DNA of 51,381 nt. Origin: Psammoneis japonica (lineage: Eukaryota). Below, in pieces: positions 23,440-34,601 of the stretch (positions are counted from its first letter, which is position 1; every line of letters begins with the position of its first letter). Location: NCBI GenBank assembly GCA_008632985.1, contig QPGO01000030.1:619135-670515 (forward strand). The letters run 5' to 3'. A program made the translations under genes and the position numbers. Below the pieces are notes generated by a model, which worked only from the letters and a program-made list of their open reading frames with translations, made no database searches and was not told the DNA's origin.

Positions 23440-24470
23440 TTCATTCAGTTGTTTGATTTAGATGACTTCCTGTCATGGCACGTGCACTTGCTTTTGTGCA
23501 AAGCCACACAGGCACTTTGTCCCCCCTCGCACCTCTCCTCATCATTGCAACAGGCTCCTCATGTGCCAGCAGTTCACCCCAGAAATGATCACCACTCTGG
23601 CAGTGCATTTTTTTTCACTCTGATGGTTGTTGTGGTTGCACCACTGTGTGTCATGTGCCAGTCTCTGATGCTTTCTCCTTCATTTTGAATTTGTTTCTTT
23701 GGAAATTTAAGAAAAAAGCACAGCAAGAACAAAATGAAACAAACAATGCCAGGATGGCAGGCAACAGTGATGCTCTGATGGTTTGCCAAGACACAGACCC
23801 CACACCTTTTTCTGTTGATGGCCACAGCTTTTTTGAGAGTGCCTCGAATTTTGGAAAAAAAGATGGGGGTTGGGGGTGGGGAAGGGGGGGAGCAGGAGCT
23901 GCCCAAGAACCTGCCAGTCATGTTTCCCCCACATTTTGCTCACTGAGAATGATGTTTTTGCTCGGAAGGCTTTTTTGGCTTGCTGGCAAGGCTCTGCTGC
24001 TGAGCCCCTCTTGTGCTTTCTCTTTCGCTTGTTGCACTGGGTGGTGTGTGGGTGTGGATGGGAGGCAGGCAGTGGCAAAAAACTCTCTGGTGCCATTTGG
24101 CTGTTCTCCCCTTTTCATCCCTTTTTTTTGCTTTCAGCAACTTTGCTGCTTCATCTCTCTCATTTTTTTTGCGTGGCTTTGAGTGCGGTGCTCGCAACTC
24201 TTGTGCTGGTGCACCGTTTTGCAGCTCAAAGAGAGCAGCAGCACTCCTGCCTTTTCCTGCTGATGCCACTGTGCTGGCTTGCCCCTCTTCTTGTTTTCCC
24301 ATGTTTGCCTGCTGGCCAGGAGCCATGGTGGCAGCTGCTGGCACCTGTCTCTTCACACTCAGTCTGTGGGTGTGTGTGTGGGGGGAGCAGCGCAGGTGGG
24401 CATTCAGCACAACGCAATGTGCCGGTAGGTGGGCCCACACTGTGATTTCATTGGATGGCACACGTCATCC
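23440..24470. other. Isolated TpA/CpG-depleted island (probable decayed insertion)
   Basis: Same composition as the large repeat domains, located between two intact genes; no recognisable coding motif. Confidence 0.75.
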
Positions 24471-24622
24471 ACTTCTCGTGATGACGGTGGGACACGACGT
24501 CATCACAACATTCGTTCCGCCCGAAAAAACAAAATCTCCCTCCGACGACAAACCCTTGCTTGCGCCCGATATACTGTAGCCTCCAAGAGAACTACTGTAC
24601 TCGTAGTGCAGATCGCTTTATC

Positions 24623-26144
24623 ATGTTTCTTCTGCAACGTACAAGCGTTCTAACAATTCTTGTTGTGATCGCGACGACAGCGCTACCAGCAGGTGTTGGT
24701 GCTTTTACTCCCCCCGCTCTTGCTGTGAGCCATAAAACTGGACTCGCGCCGGATGTAGCAAGCGAGTACCGAAAGACATATACGAGCAGAAGAGCTGCCG
24801 ATAGGTCGGGCGAACCAGCTCTTAAGAAAGCACCGGTTCTCAATGGAAAGATGCTTCTTCCTTTCAAGGTGATGGTCGCTGGAATCAAAGGACACGAAGT
24901 CGCAGCTGTATATGCCATTAAGAACTCAAACTACAAAAGAGGGTCTGGTGATGGGTGGCAGCATTGTGAGTACGTTGGCGTAACGAAGAACCTTGAAAAA
25001 ACTCTAGAATCTCATCTTGAAAACCATGGTTCGGAAACTGTTTCGCACGTTCGAGCACTCTCGTTTGCGTACCCACAAGAAAGAGCCATGGAAGAAGTAG
25101 CTTCGACCTGGCGCAAACTAGCACAAGATGCGGGAGCGAAAATACTGGACAAAAGTGAGAGCAGCTGGGCAGATAGTTGGGTGAGTTGTTACTATGTTGT
25201 CTCGTATAATCTTTGCTCTTTCTGCTAACGTGAAGGTACTATTTTTCTGTGGCTTCAGGGGAGTCTCGTGGATCAGCGCCGCGAAGAGCTAATCGATTTG
25301 ATGGAGAAAAGTGCAGTTGACGAGGACGAGGACGACGATGACGATGAGGCTATGATCTCACCATTTGAAGTTCAATCAAGTAGTTCTAGTATGAAAGGGG
25401 AGAAGCTTGAGTTTTCGCGAGCAAACGTCGATAAAGTTCTGGACGAGGTACGGTCGTGGACGATGAATGAACGACGTTGTTTTGTGGACCAAAGTCTCTG
25501 AGGATTGACGCCCTGGTTTCCAATAACGGACATGTTTACCGGTGGTGGCTGCTCGCTCTGCTATGCTCGTTATTGGCGCAACATCCTTGTCAACCAACAC
25601 TCACGCTCTTCCGCTAACCTTTGTCGCAGGTAAGGCCGTATTTGATTTCTGATGGAGGCAACGTGTCCGTCGAAAGCGTTGACGAAGAAACCAGAAATAT
25701 TTATTTAGTGCTCGAAGGCGCTTGCGGTAAGTAGGAAGGCTACCTTGATGAATAGTTTTGTTACCTCCTGCGACCTTACAAAGTGATCCGCTGCCCTCAT
25801 CGTACTTAGGATCTTGTGCCTCGTCCACTGTTACGATGCAGATGGGTATTGAGAGGGTTCTGAAAGAAAATTTCGATAGAATTGGTGAGGTATTACAGGT
25901 CGAAGACCCCGCTGTTGCAGCGAATGCACCCACGGAGCTCACATGGGCAGCTGTAGAAGACGAAGTGAATCGAATCAAGCCAGCCATTGTTGCAATGGGT
26001 GGTAGGATGGAAATTATTAGCGTTGATCCAATCGGAGTCGTCGAGATCCAGTTTCAGGGTTCAAACAAAGTGAAACAGGGCGTGGAGTTAGCGATTCTGG
26101 ACATACCATTCGTCAAACATGTGAACTTTGTAATGGGACAGTAG
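24623..26144 (+). CDS. Plastid-targeted NifU/NFU-type Fe-S scaffold protein with N-terminal GIY-YIG-like domain (4 exons)
   Basis: Exons 24623-25180, 25259-25447, 25630-25726 and 25810-26144 join in frame over GT-AG introns, giving VDKVLDEVRPYLISDGGNV...LEGACGSCASSTVTMQMGIERVL (CxxC) plus a second degenerate NifU repeat; signal peptide ending VGA-FTP. Confidence 0.9.
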
Positions 26145-26367
26145 CGTCGTACAAGACAAGCTTTCCAATTTGAGCGCTCCACTGCATATCGTTAACTTGG
26201 GCATGAAACTAGGGATTCGGGACATGCCATTCGTAAACCATGTAAAGTCTGAATTAGCGCGATTAGCAAAGTTGCAGCGACCCTTGAACGCTCCACTATC
26301 GATCACATTTCGCGTTCTAGTAAGAGGTACGCATCATCTCGATTTTACGCCTACAAAGTACTCCATT

Positions 26368-27021
26368 TCAGTCTCGCTTGCTTCTCCGTCCTGTTTTTGG
26401 CCTGGCGACCTTTGTTTCTTCACCGCCTCCCATGATGTCCCCGAAGAGCTGCGACATCATTTTCGATGGATCCTTCTGCATTTCCATTTGTTTCTGGACC
26501 CGTGCCTTTTCCTCAGGTTCCATGTTCTCCATCATCTTTGGCATAAGCAACATAAGGCCGCCACTAAATATCATCATAAGGAGCATGGGATTCTTCAGAA
26601 TCGAAAAGATGGAGAATCCCTGTTTCTTTTCAAAGTATTGGTACGTAGCAAGTGCAGTAAGTTCCAGGGGGTAAGGCAATGTTTGTTTTGGAGCGCCGGC
26701 CCACGCGTATTGAATGCACCGCGGTGTATCCATAGATTCTTCGAGGAGCTGAATCTTGACCTGACTAAAGACATGAGTGTGGCTATGCGCCTCTAGAAGG
26801 TGGATGCCAGGAGGGACATTGTAAAACGAAAAGCCACCGTCGAGGCGAGAGTATGTCGTGTGTTCGCCGTCGTTCAGTGTGAGACGCGTCGTGTTCATCG
26901 GCGTACCGTTAGGCAAGCGTAATAGCCCTGTTATGGTCGTTGTCACGGTGGCGCTCACAACATTGGTGAGTAGAACAGTGATCACTGCAAGCAACACTTG
27001 GAAAGAAGAAGAACGCCTCAT
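26368..27021 (-). CDS. EMC7: ER membrane protein complex subunit 7
   Basis: Signal peptide; DGGFSFYNVPPGIHLLE..S.THVFSQVKI; YFEKKQGFSIFSILKNPMLLMM...LLMPKMMENMEPE. Confidence 0.9.
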   Translation of the reverse strand: MRRSSSFQVLLAVITVLLTNVVSATVTTTITGLLRLPNGTPMNTTRLTLNDGEHTTYSRLDGGFSFYNVPPGIHLLEAHSHTHVFSQVKIQLLEESMDTPRCIQYAWAGAPKQTLPYPLELTALATYQYFEKKQGFSIFSILKNPMLLMMIFSGGLMLLMPKMMENMEPEEKARVQKQMEMQKDPSKMMSQLFGDIMGGGEETKVARPKTGRRSKRD

Positions 27022-27266
27022 CGTCAACGTGCCTTCTCGTGTTGTGTTGTTTGTTTTTAGTGGGTGCGGCGTGCCTTGAGTTCGTCGTCTGCGAACACCA
27101 AACATCGCGCATTTCACGCGCGACCGCAGGAACACCTCGCGACGACGCAACGACGACTACCCGTAGGGGCCCTATGTTTTTTCAGTTTTTTCACGTTGAC
27201 GATGATGCAGGTTACCGGTACCTCGTCGCATTCCAAAACGTAATATCGCCACCACTCGTAACCGCA

Positions 27267-28274
27267 ATGGAGAACTACAAAGTCATAAAGGCGTTAGGAC
27301 AAGGAACCTGGGGCGTGGTTCATATGGCTGAGCAGAAGGGAACAGGCCGGCTCGTTGCTGTAAAGAAAATCAAAAGTGAGCAACCAGAAGAAGGAGTCAA
27401 CTTTACTGCTGTCCGAGAAATAAAGATTCTTAAGGAGTTTGTCCATGAGAATATAATCGAGCTCGTCGATTGTTTCACCACACCTGACAAGGCCGTTTGC
27501 TTAGTTTACGAATGCGCTGAAACTGATTTGGAAAAGATAATTGGCAACAAGTCGATACCCATATCCTTAGCAGACACCAAGCAACACCTGTTGACACTTC
27601 TCCGAGCCATATCAGCATGCCACGAAAGGTGGATTTTGCATCGTGATCTGAAACCCGATAATTTACTATTTTTGAAGGACGGAACAATGAAGCTTGGAGA
27701 TTTCGGTTTGGCTCGGATGTACGGTACACCCAAGTCGCGTCTTTCTCCACAGGCAATCACATTGTGGTACAAACCACCAGAGCTGCTCTTGGGTGCGTAC
27801 GAATACTCTTCAGCTGCCGACATGTGGAGTGTTGGCTGCATCTTCGCTGAGCTATTGCTAAGAAGACCATTTCTTCAAGGAAAGAAGAGTGACATATCTC
27901 AACTAGAAACAATTTTCACTGTCTTTGGAACTCCAACGGAGTAAGTACCACCTTTTTCGCTCCATCACATTCATTTCACGCGCTTACATTATTATTTTAT
28001 GCCTTGTCTTCATGTGCGATTTAGAACGAATTGGCCCGACCACGAAGCTTTACCATTACCAGCACGAGGACTGACATGGGATAATTGCCCACCAATTCCC
28101 TTTGACGAAATCTTTACTGCTGCTCCAAAGGATGCGTTGTCGCTATTGCGATCTATGTTGGTGCTGGATCCAAATAAGAGATTCTCAGCATCTCAGTGCT
28201 TGGGTCACCCATACTTTACAAACGACCCACCACCAACACCCAAAGAACGGCTGGTATTAGCCCCACCAAGTTGA
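27267..28274 (+). CDS. CDK7: Cyclin-dependent kinase 7 (CDKD/MO15-type CAK), 2 exons
   Basis: GQGTWG, EGVNFTAVREIK (NFTALRE class), HRDLKPDN and DFGLAR; intron 27941-28024 (GTAAGT...TTAG) joins in frame. Confidence 0.9.
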
Positions 28275-28364
28275 TGAAACTATGATGAGGACTGAAATGG
28301 TCAGTCTCAGATATACCTATCTACGAAACTATACCATGTCACAAACTATTAGCACCAGTTCACT

Positions 28365-31300
28365 TTAGCTTTGCTGCGGATACTTGGCTCTGTACATCTG
28401 CAGTTGCTCAGCTGGAAGCTTCTGAATTGCCTCAAGGCTACTTACGCCAGTATCACCTGTATTCTCTAGCATTTTGGCACAGCGCATCCAGCCTTCCCAT
28501 TGTCGACGATCGGTGTACACTTTACCCTCGATTAAACGCGGCAACAATACGTGGCAAATCCAGGAGTTCAAGCTTTCATGCTTTGAGCAGGTGAGAATGA
28601 TGGTGCGCATGTACGCCAACGGCAGCTTTTCTTCATTGGTAAGAAATGTCCCGGAAATGTAGTCCAACGCAGCCATGACAACTCTATCAGTAAAGATTTC
28701 GTTCTCGTCCAAACAAAGTCGGATAGCATCAAGGTATCTCTTCTGGGGGAGACCGACACTAGCAAAATCCAACTTATGGAGAAAAACCAGCTGTTCGCAT
28801 AAAGTCATTCCGATAAGAGATGGATTCTCTTCGTCCGGTTCGTCGCGATAAAATAGTGCGTGTCGCCCGACTCGTTCGCTCATTCTAACCAGAGCGGCCA
28901 TGAAGATGTCATTATCGGCTCCAACAAATGCAGGAAGCTCGGACTTCAGTTCCTGCCGTTTCATGGCTGATACAACTGGAATTAAGAAACGTGGATCCTT
29001 TTTACCTTCTGAGTCCTTCCGTGCTTCTTGGATTTTGCGCATCGTGTCAATTAAGTCTTGATCTGGGAGTACCTTGTCAGTGCTGGGTGCCAAGTTATCT
29101 AGAAATGCAAGCAACATCGGTACTTCAGCGTCGCTTGCCATTTCTGAAACTTTTAGTGCAATGTTTGGCGCCCCGTATTTTTTAGCCGTTGCTCTCGTCA
29201 GTTTTGGCATGTTATTACGAACCGCCTTGGAGAGGACGTCGGCTTTTTCTCGGCAACTAAAGCTCATGAGGGACTTAATCATGTCCGGTCTCCTGACAGA
29301 AAGTGCCATGAACAATACAGCTGGCTTGCGAACTCTGTCAAGGGCTTCTTTCTCCCCGTCACTAGCTGGGGCAAATGAGTTCTGCGACGATGCTTTTTTT
29401 GCCTCTCGATTTGCTTCCTGAATCTTGTCGTAATTCTCGACCGCATAAGTTGCTGCTCGTTCGAGCTCGGCTTTCGCTGATTCTACAACCGCTTCAGCGA
29501 GCGCAACAGACTTCGGGAACAAAACATTCATCACGAGCTTCAAAGCTTTGTCTTCGACGCTGTTGCTAGCTTCAAAACGTCCCGACGCAATAGCAACTGC
29601 GCAATCGACCGCGCTCTGCCGAATGTCTTTCTTCGTCCTCTGGAAAGCGACATCGCGGAGGGTCAACAAGGCTGCCGTTGCCCGTTTCTCTGCCGAAACC
29701 TTGGCAGCGTGCGCTGCAGCAGCAGCTGAAAGCGTTTGCTGCGAGGACTTTCGCGCTGCATCTGCAGCTTTCTTAGTCACGTCATCAATATTACACATGG
29801 AGCTGGTCAGCGTCATCGACGACGGAGTCACGAACGGTAGCACCCCGAGCTCTTGTGGTAGTGACGACGCAGCTAAGGATGCGATCTTCTTTTTGTCATT
29901 GTCGTTGGGCTTCTCGTTTGCAAGTTCGGATGCGTGGACGACAGATGACACATACACGTCGAGACTCCTTTCGTAGTTTTCTTGTTCTTCCTTGTTGTCG
30001 TTGCAACTTTGTAGATAGCCTTCGTTGAGAACTCTTTTGCTCAACGTAGAAACCGAGTCCGACGTCCCAGACGCTTCCGCTTGCATAGCAGATGACGGGA
30101 CACCCGACGTTACATTTAGAGCAAGACAGGAACACACCAAAGGGTACTTTGCAGCAAATTGCTCCAGTGAATCGTCGTCTGTTGGTACCTTGGATTTCAT
30201 TTTCAAAATACTATTCGTGGCCATATCATTGGCTGATTTCATCTCAGAAACGGGTTTGACGCCTTTCAAAGTCCACGCAAGTCTTGCAGCAATCTGATTT
30301 CCAAAATCAGCGAGGGACTTTGAACGAGAGCTGGTGGAGCTCCGGACTATGCGGCCGAATGCTTCGGACACCGCAGAATCACACTGATCCCTAAACATTT
30401 TCTGATCGTCGGGTATCTTTGCTTCGGTATCGGTCGACCCTTCAAACGCTTTTTCTGCTGCCGAAAGAATTTTTGGATCTAGGTGGTAAACGTCGGCTGC
30501 TGTCTCAAGTTTCCATGCAGTACCCCCATCTCGGTCGTACCATCGCCCTTCGTCTTGTAACAAAGATGCCCCGTTTGTCATTACTCCGTCTATCACGTAC
30601 TCTAGAGAAATGGGCAGTTTTCTTGACTTTGCTCCTGCGCCACCCTTTGGTCTCGCAGACGGCAAATGTTTCAAGTTGGCTAGAATAAGATCGACTGCAT
30701 CAACCATGCTTGTCGGAAGTTGAATACCGCTACCAAGACCACGCGCTGCCTTTGCTGCTCTCATTTTGGCAAGCGCGTCATCGGTCTCACGTTGACGTTT
30801 GCTCACACGTTTGTCACTCGAGTCCCACTCGTAAAACATTGCAGCACGGTTTCTTGCAGCTCTGCCAGCCGTTTTCAGTGCGGCGGCCTGGCGAGCCATA
30901 GATAATGCCTTGTCCGCTTGCATTTCCATCTCCACGGACGTTAGAGCCTTGTGAAGGATTTCAGATCCATTCGTGGTGACAGAAAGAACATTTCGAAGCA
31001 AAGTCAAACATGAGGCCCGTAGCTGTGAACCTATTGCAAGTGCTGCACTCTTTGTCAGCGGCCCATCCTCTATATATTTCGGAGGATCGGTCGCCCTACG
31101 AGCCAACACAGTCGCTGCCTCCTTGAAGAAGATGGGACGATTAATGGCAAGAGCGGCGATGGCATTGATTGCAAGAGCATAAGATTTTTGTGATAGAACA
31201 AACTCAAAGTCGATGTTGCTTCTCTCCACTTTGAATTCCAATGATGCGTCATCACTATCCTGTTGAGCAGAAGATTCGATCTCGAGGTAGGCAAGCGCTG

Positions 31301-32707
31301 CGGGTTTCAGTATTGAAACGACCTGTGACGACGGTGAATCGTCTCCGCCACCTCCCATAAGCATGTCGGACAGCATGTTATCGTCAATTTTTACCTGTCC
31401 ACCCATTAAGGTCAGACCACGCAAAGCGGTAAACGCGTACTCTGCAATCGACTCAAGAGCTTCTCTGGTGATTACAGGATGGCCTGCGGGTAAATCCTCC
31501 AAGGAGAAATCCGCAGTCTGAGCGAAGAATCCGAGACAAGAACAAATGCCAAGTGAGGATCGACGGGCAAAAAGGAAAAGGCCTGCACACGTCCTGTACT
31601 TACATTTCGCCCTCGTCGGCGCGCAGCCGAAGTCTGAGCTCCAGGTTGATCTTTGCTGGAACAGCTTAGCACAACAATTTCTAAGAATTTGATGCATGCG
31701 CTCCTAAGCGCATCACCAGTGGCCCCTGCTTCTGTAGATGATGTCAAGAACAGCTTCTTGATGACTCCTTCGATCATTTTCATAACTGGCCCATAGAGTT
31801 TTGCGGCACCTCTATCGTCTGCATCTTGAATGCGCTGCGAAATATGTCGAAGACTCGGCCGGAGTGAGGCACTAGCGGCAATAACGCCGCGAGATGCAAC
31901 CGCTCCCTCTGAAGCTTCATTTGTAAAGGCGCCAGGAACTGTGCAAGCAATGGAGGCTTCAATCCAGTACCTCAGCACTTCACCCTCCTTGGTCAGCTTT
32001 TTCCCCTGTCGTCGCTTTTGCTGTGCTCTGACTGCCGGTGTACTCATACTTGGTGGGACAGCCAACGAGCCTCCTGCACCATAAGGGCCTGAGTTGATCG
32101 AAGAAGAGGTGCTGTCCAACCAGCTTCCAGCCTTATGGCACTCTTTCCATAAATTGTGAAAGAATTCCAGACTCGCAGCCCTTTTCGCGGCAATCGTGGC
32201 AGACTGTGTCTCCTCCAACAGTACAGGCAAAACAAGGTCGGAAACAACCCGTTGGTACACATCATCACAACTTGCTTCGATACCAAGGTCACCTCCACCA
32301 GGCGTTGGCTGGTAGTACGTTCGTGCTACGCTTGGACCAGTATGGGCCGCAACTTCTAGTACCGGCCTAAGAAGCGTGGCGAGTTCCTCGTGTACTGTCG
32401 GGCTCCCCGGTGTTGAAGAAGACCTTACACCAGGATGCATCTTGAAGTCGTCGAGTGCAGAAACTACCCTTCCCTCCAAGTCGTCGATTGCCATCAGCAA
32501 CGGATCTTCTTTTTCGGTGGCTTCCATTTCCGCTTCGGATGCCATGTCAGGAGCCGCATTGTCATCGTCAGACATTTCATCCTGTACCGGCGGCTGTGTC
32601 AATGCTTCCAGGGTATCTTCCAGAGATTCGCGACGGTCGCCATGGGATGACCTTCCTCTCCCACCGGAACCCCGAGGACGCATCATTCCACCTGTACGAC
32701 CCGACAT
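28365..32707 (-). CDS. SYMPK: Symplekin/Pta1 (mRNA 3'-end processing scaffold), 2 exons, ~1418 aa
   Basis: Exons 32707-31604 and 31517-28365 join in frame over GTAAGT...CAG; IKFLEIVVL, DFSLEDLPAGHP, D.RFLIPV and the C-terminal LPLAYMRTII...LPRLI...QWEGWMRC match Symplekin_C. Confidence 0.88.
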
Positions 32708-33600
32708 GGTTAGTTATGATAGAGAGACCGGTGCTTCGTACAACAAAGGAGGATTATTGTGCCGAAGCCGGATGTAAGTGTGGCTTGGTTCTTGATTGAT
32801 TGTGCCGCCGCCGCCTGCTCATTGTCTGGTCGCTCGGCAACTTACCTCGACCCCCGACCGGGGATAGTGACGGGGCAGTCTTTTACAACTTATAAAACTT
32901 GAATACAACTATAAAACCTTTCACTTGATAACATTTTATTTTAATAACTAAATAATAAAAACTCTTAATAATTATTTTAAAATTGCTTTAGTATTGCATT
33001 GTGATGTAACTGGTCAGGGGTGGACGGCCGACTATCGGACAAGAAATACGGACGGACGGCCCGAATGAACTTGATTGCTATGCTAAGCTATGCTTTTTTC
33101 AATTATTCACATGTGTTTGAACTTCTGCATTGCCAACACTATTTGAACTTCTGCATTGTCAACACTAGCTACTAGTAGACTAGAGTTGGTACATCCAGGG
33201 ATCAGGGATACTGTACGCCAGGGCCCTCTACCGGTACGGTAGATGTGACATCAAGATCTTCTCGGCATAAAAACAGCGAGGATTATCATGTGGCAATTGC
33301 TCAAATATGGTCACCGCTGACCGCCCAATACCCACCTTCCAAGGCTTGCTGTATGAATGTAGAGAAGAAGAAGCTGGAAGAACAGGAAACAGGATCGCTA
33401 AACTGAGGGTCCTCTAGATATGTAGATGACTACTACAAAGTAGAGTGTGGTCTTCAGTGTTCTAAACAAGTACAAACGAATCGACCGTTTTCGTGGATTG
33501 TTTCCAGACACGTGTCATCGATTTCCTTTTAAAATATTAAGGTACTAGTTGCACAAGGAGTAACTCGAAAGCGCCTAAACCAGAAAAACGAACCGTAATT

Positions 33601-34122
33601 CTAGATTGAGGGAGGCGGTCCAGTTCTCTTTGGCATGTCTTGATGTTTCTTTTGTATGGCACGCGATTGGTAATGATATTCCCTCGCTGCTTCATAGGCT
33701 GCGGCGGCAAACCCTCCAACCATTGGACGATGGTTTTGACTCCCAGTCACAGGCGTCGCACTGGTGCCTGCTGAAGGAGCCTTGGGAGCAGTTGCGCCCG
33801 GCATGGGTGCTCCAGGAAGCTTGAGCTCTCGTTGGTTTTCGCCAAAGTCCTCGATTCCTCGTTTCATGCCACTGGTCGGAGGTCTCTCCGTCTGAGGCGT
33901 AGCCTCGTCGTCAGAATCATCGTCGCTATCTGGGAAATCGACAAGGAGATCGTCACCCACGTACTTCTTTTCATCGTCATCGGAACTCATCGTGACGCCA
34001 AACATGGAAGAACCACGCCTTGCACCAACACTGGAGTTGTCATCCGAAACAGGTGACTCAGCCCGTCGTGCGGACCGCTCGATTTCGGCCAATTCATCCT
34101 TTGTAGAATAAGACATACTCAT
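33601..34122 (-). CDS. Hypothetical protein (acidic, disordered; C-terminal RPMVGGFAAAAYEAAR motif)
   Basis: ~173-aa ORF with protein-like composition, divergently oriented to Rit1. Confidence 0.65.
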   Translation of the reverse strand: MSMSYSTKDELAEIERSARRAESPVSDDNSSVGARRGSSMFGVTMSSDDDEKKYVGDDLLVDFPDSDDDSDDEATPQTERPPTSGMKRGIEDFGENQRELKLPGAPMPGATAPKAPSAGTSATPVTGSQNHRPMVGGFAAAAYEAAREYHYQSRAIQKKHQDMPKRTGPPPSI

Positions 34123-34601
34123 TATGCCAATATGCAGTGTAACCAAAATTTCAGGGGAGTATGTCAACAGGGAAACTACGGCTAGGAACAAAGCAACTTT
34201 CGGGTTTCAGTCGCTGCAGTAAGCTCTGCGTAATTCGGGGGAGGTATCTTTGAAACGTCTTGTTGCTTGCAGTGCAAACTGCGGGGCGATAGGAGTGAAC
34301 TGATGGTAGACAAAGAGTTCTCCGTCGGCGTTAGCGATGATTGACGTTGTATCGCGATCGCGACTGACTTGCTCCTGCTCTCGCCTCTTCGCTTTCGCTC
34401 TTGTTGTGACTCGTGACTTCGTGTTTTGCAATGACCCTTGGTGTCACAATGACGAAGCGCGCGCAATTTGTTTTTGTCGGGGGGAATTTCTCGAACTTCG
34501 AATTTCTCGTCCTCAAAATTCCAAGAAGCATGAGCATTCGCCACGGCGACCACGCCCCACGACCATGACCGAACCCCGACCCTCCGGTACCTTTATTTTG
34601 A

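Noticed and set aside
32880..33005. Diatom centromere
   Set aside because: The low-GC tract is only ~120 bp, much shorter than described diatom centromeric regions.
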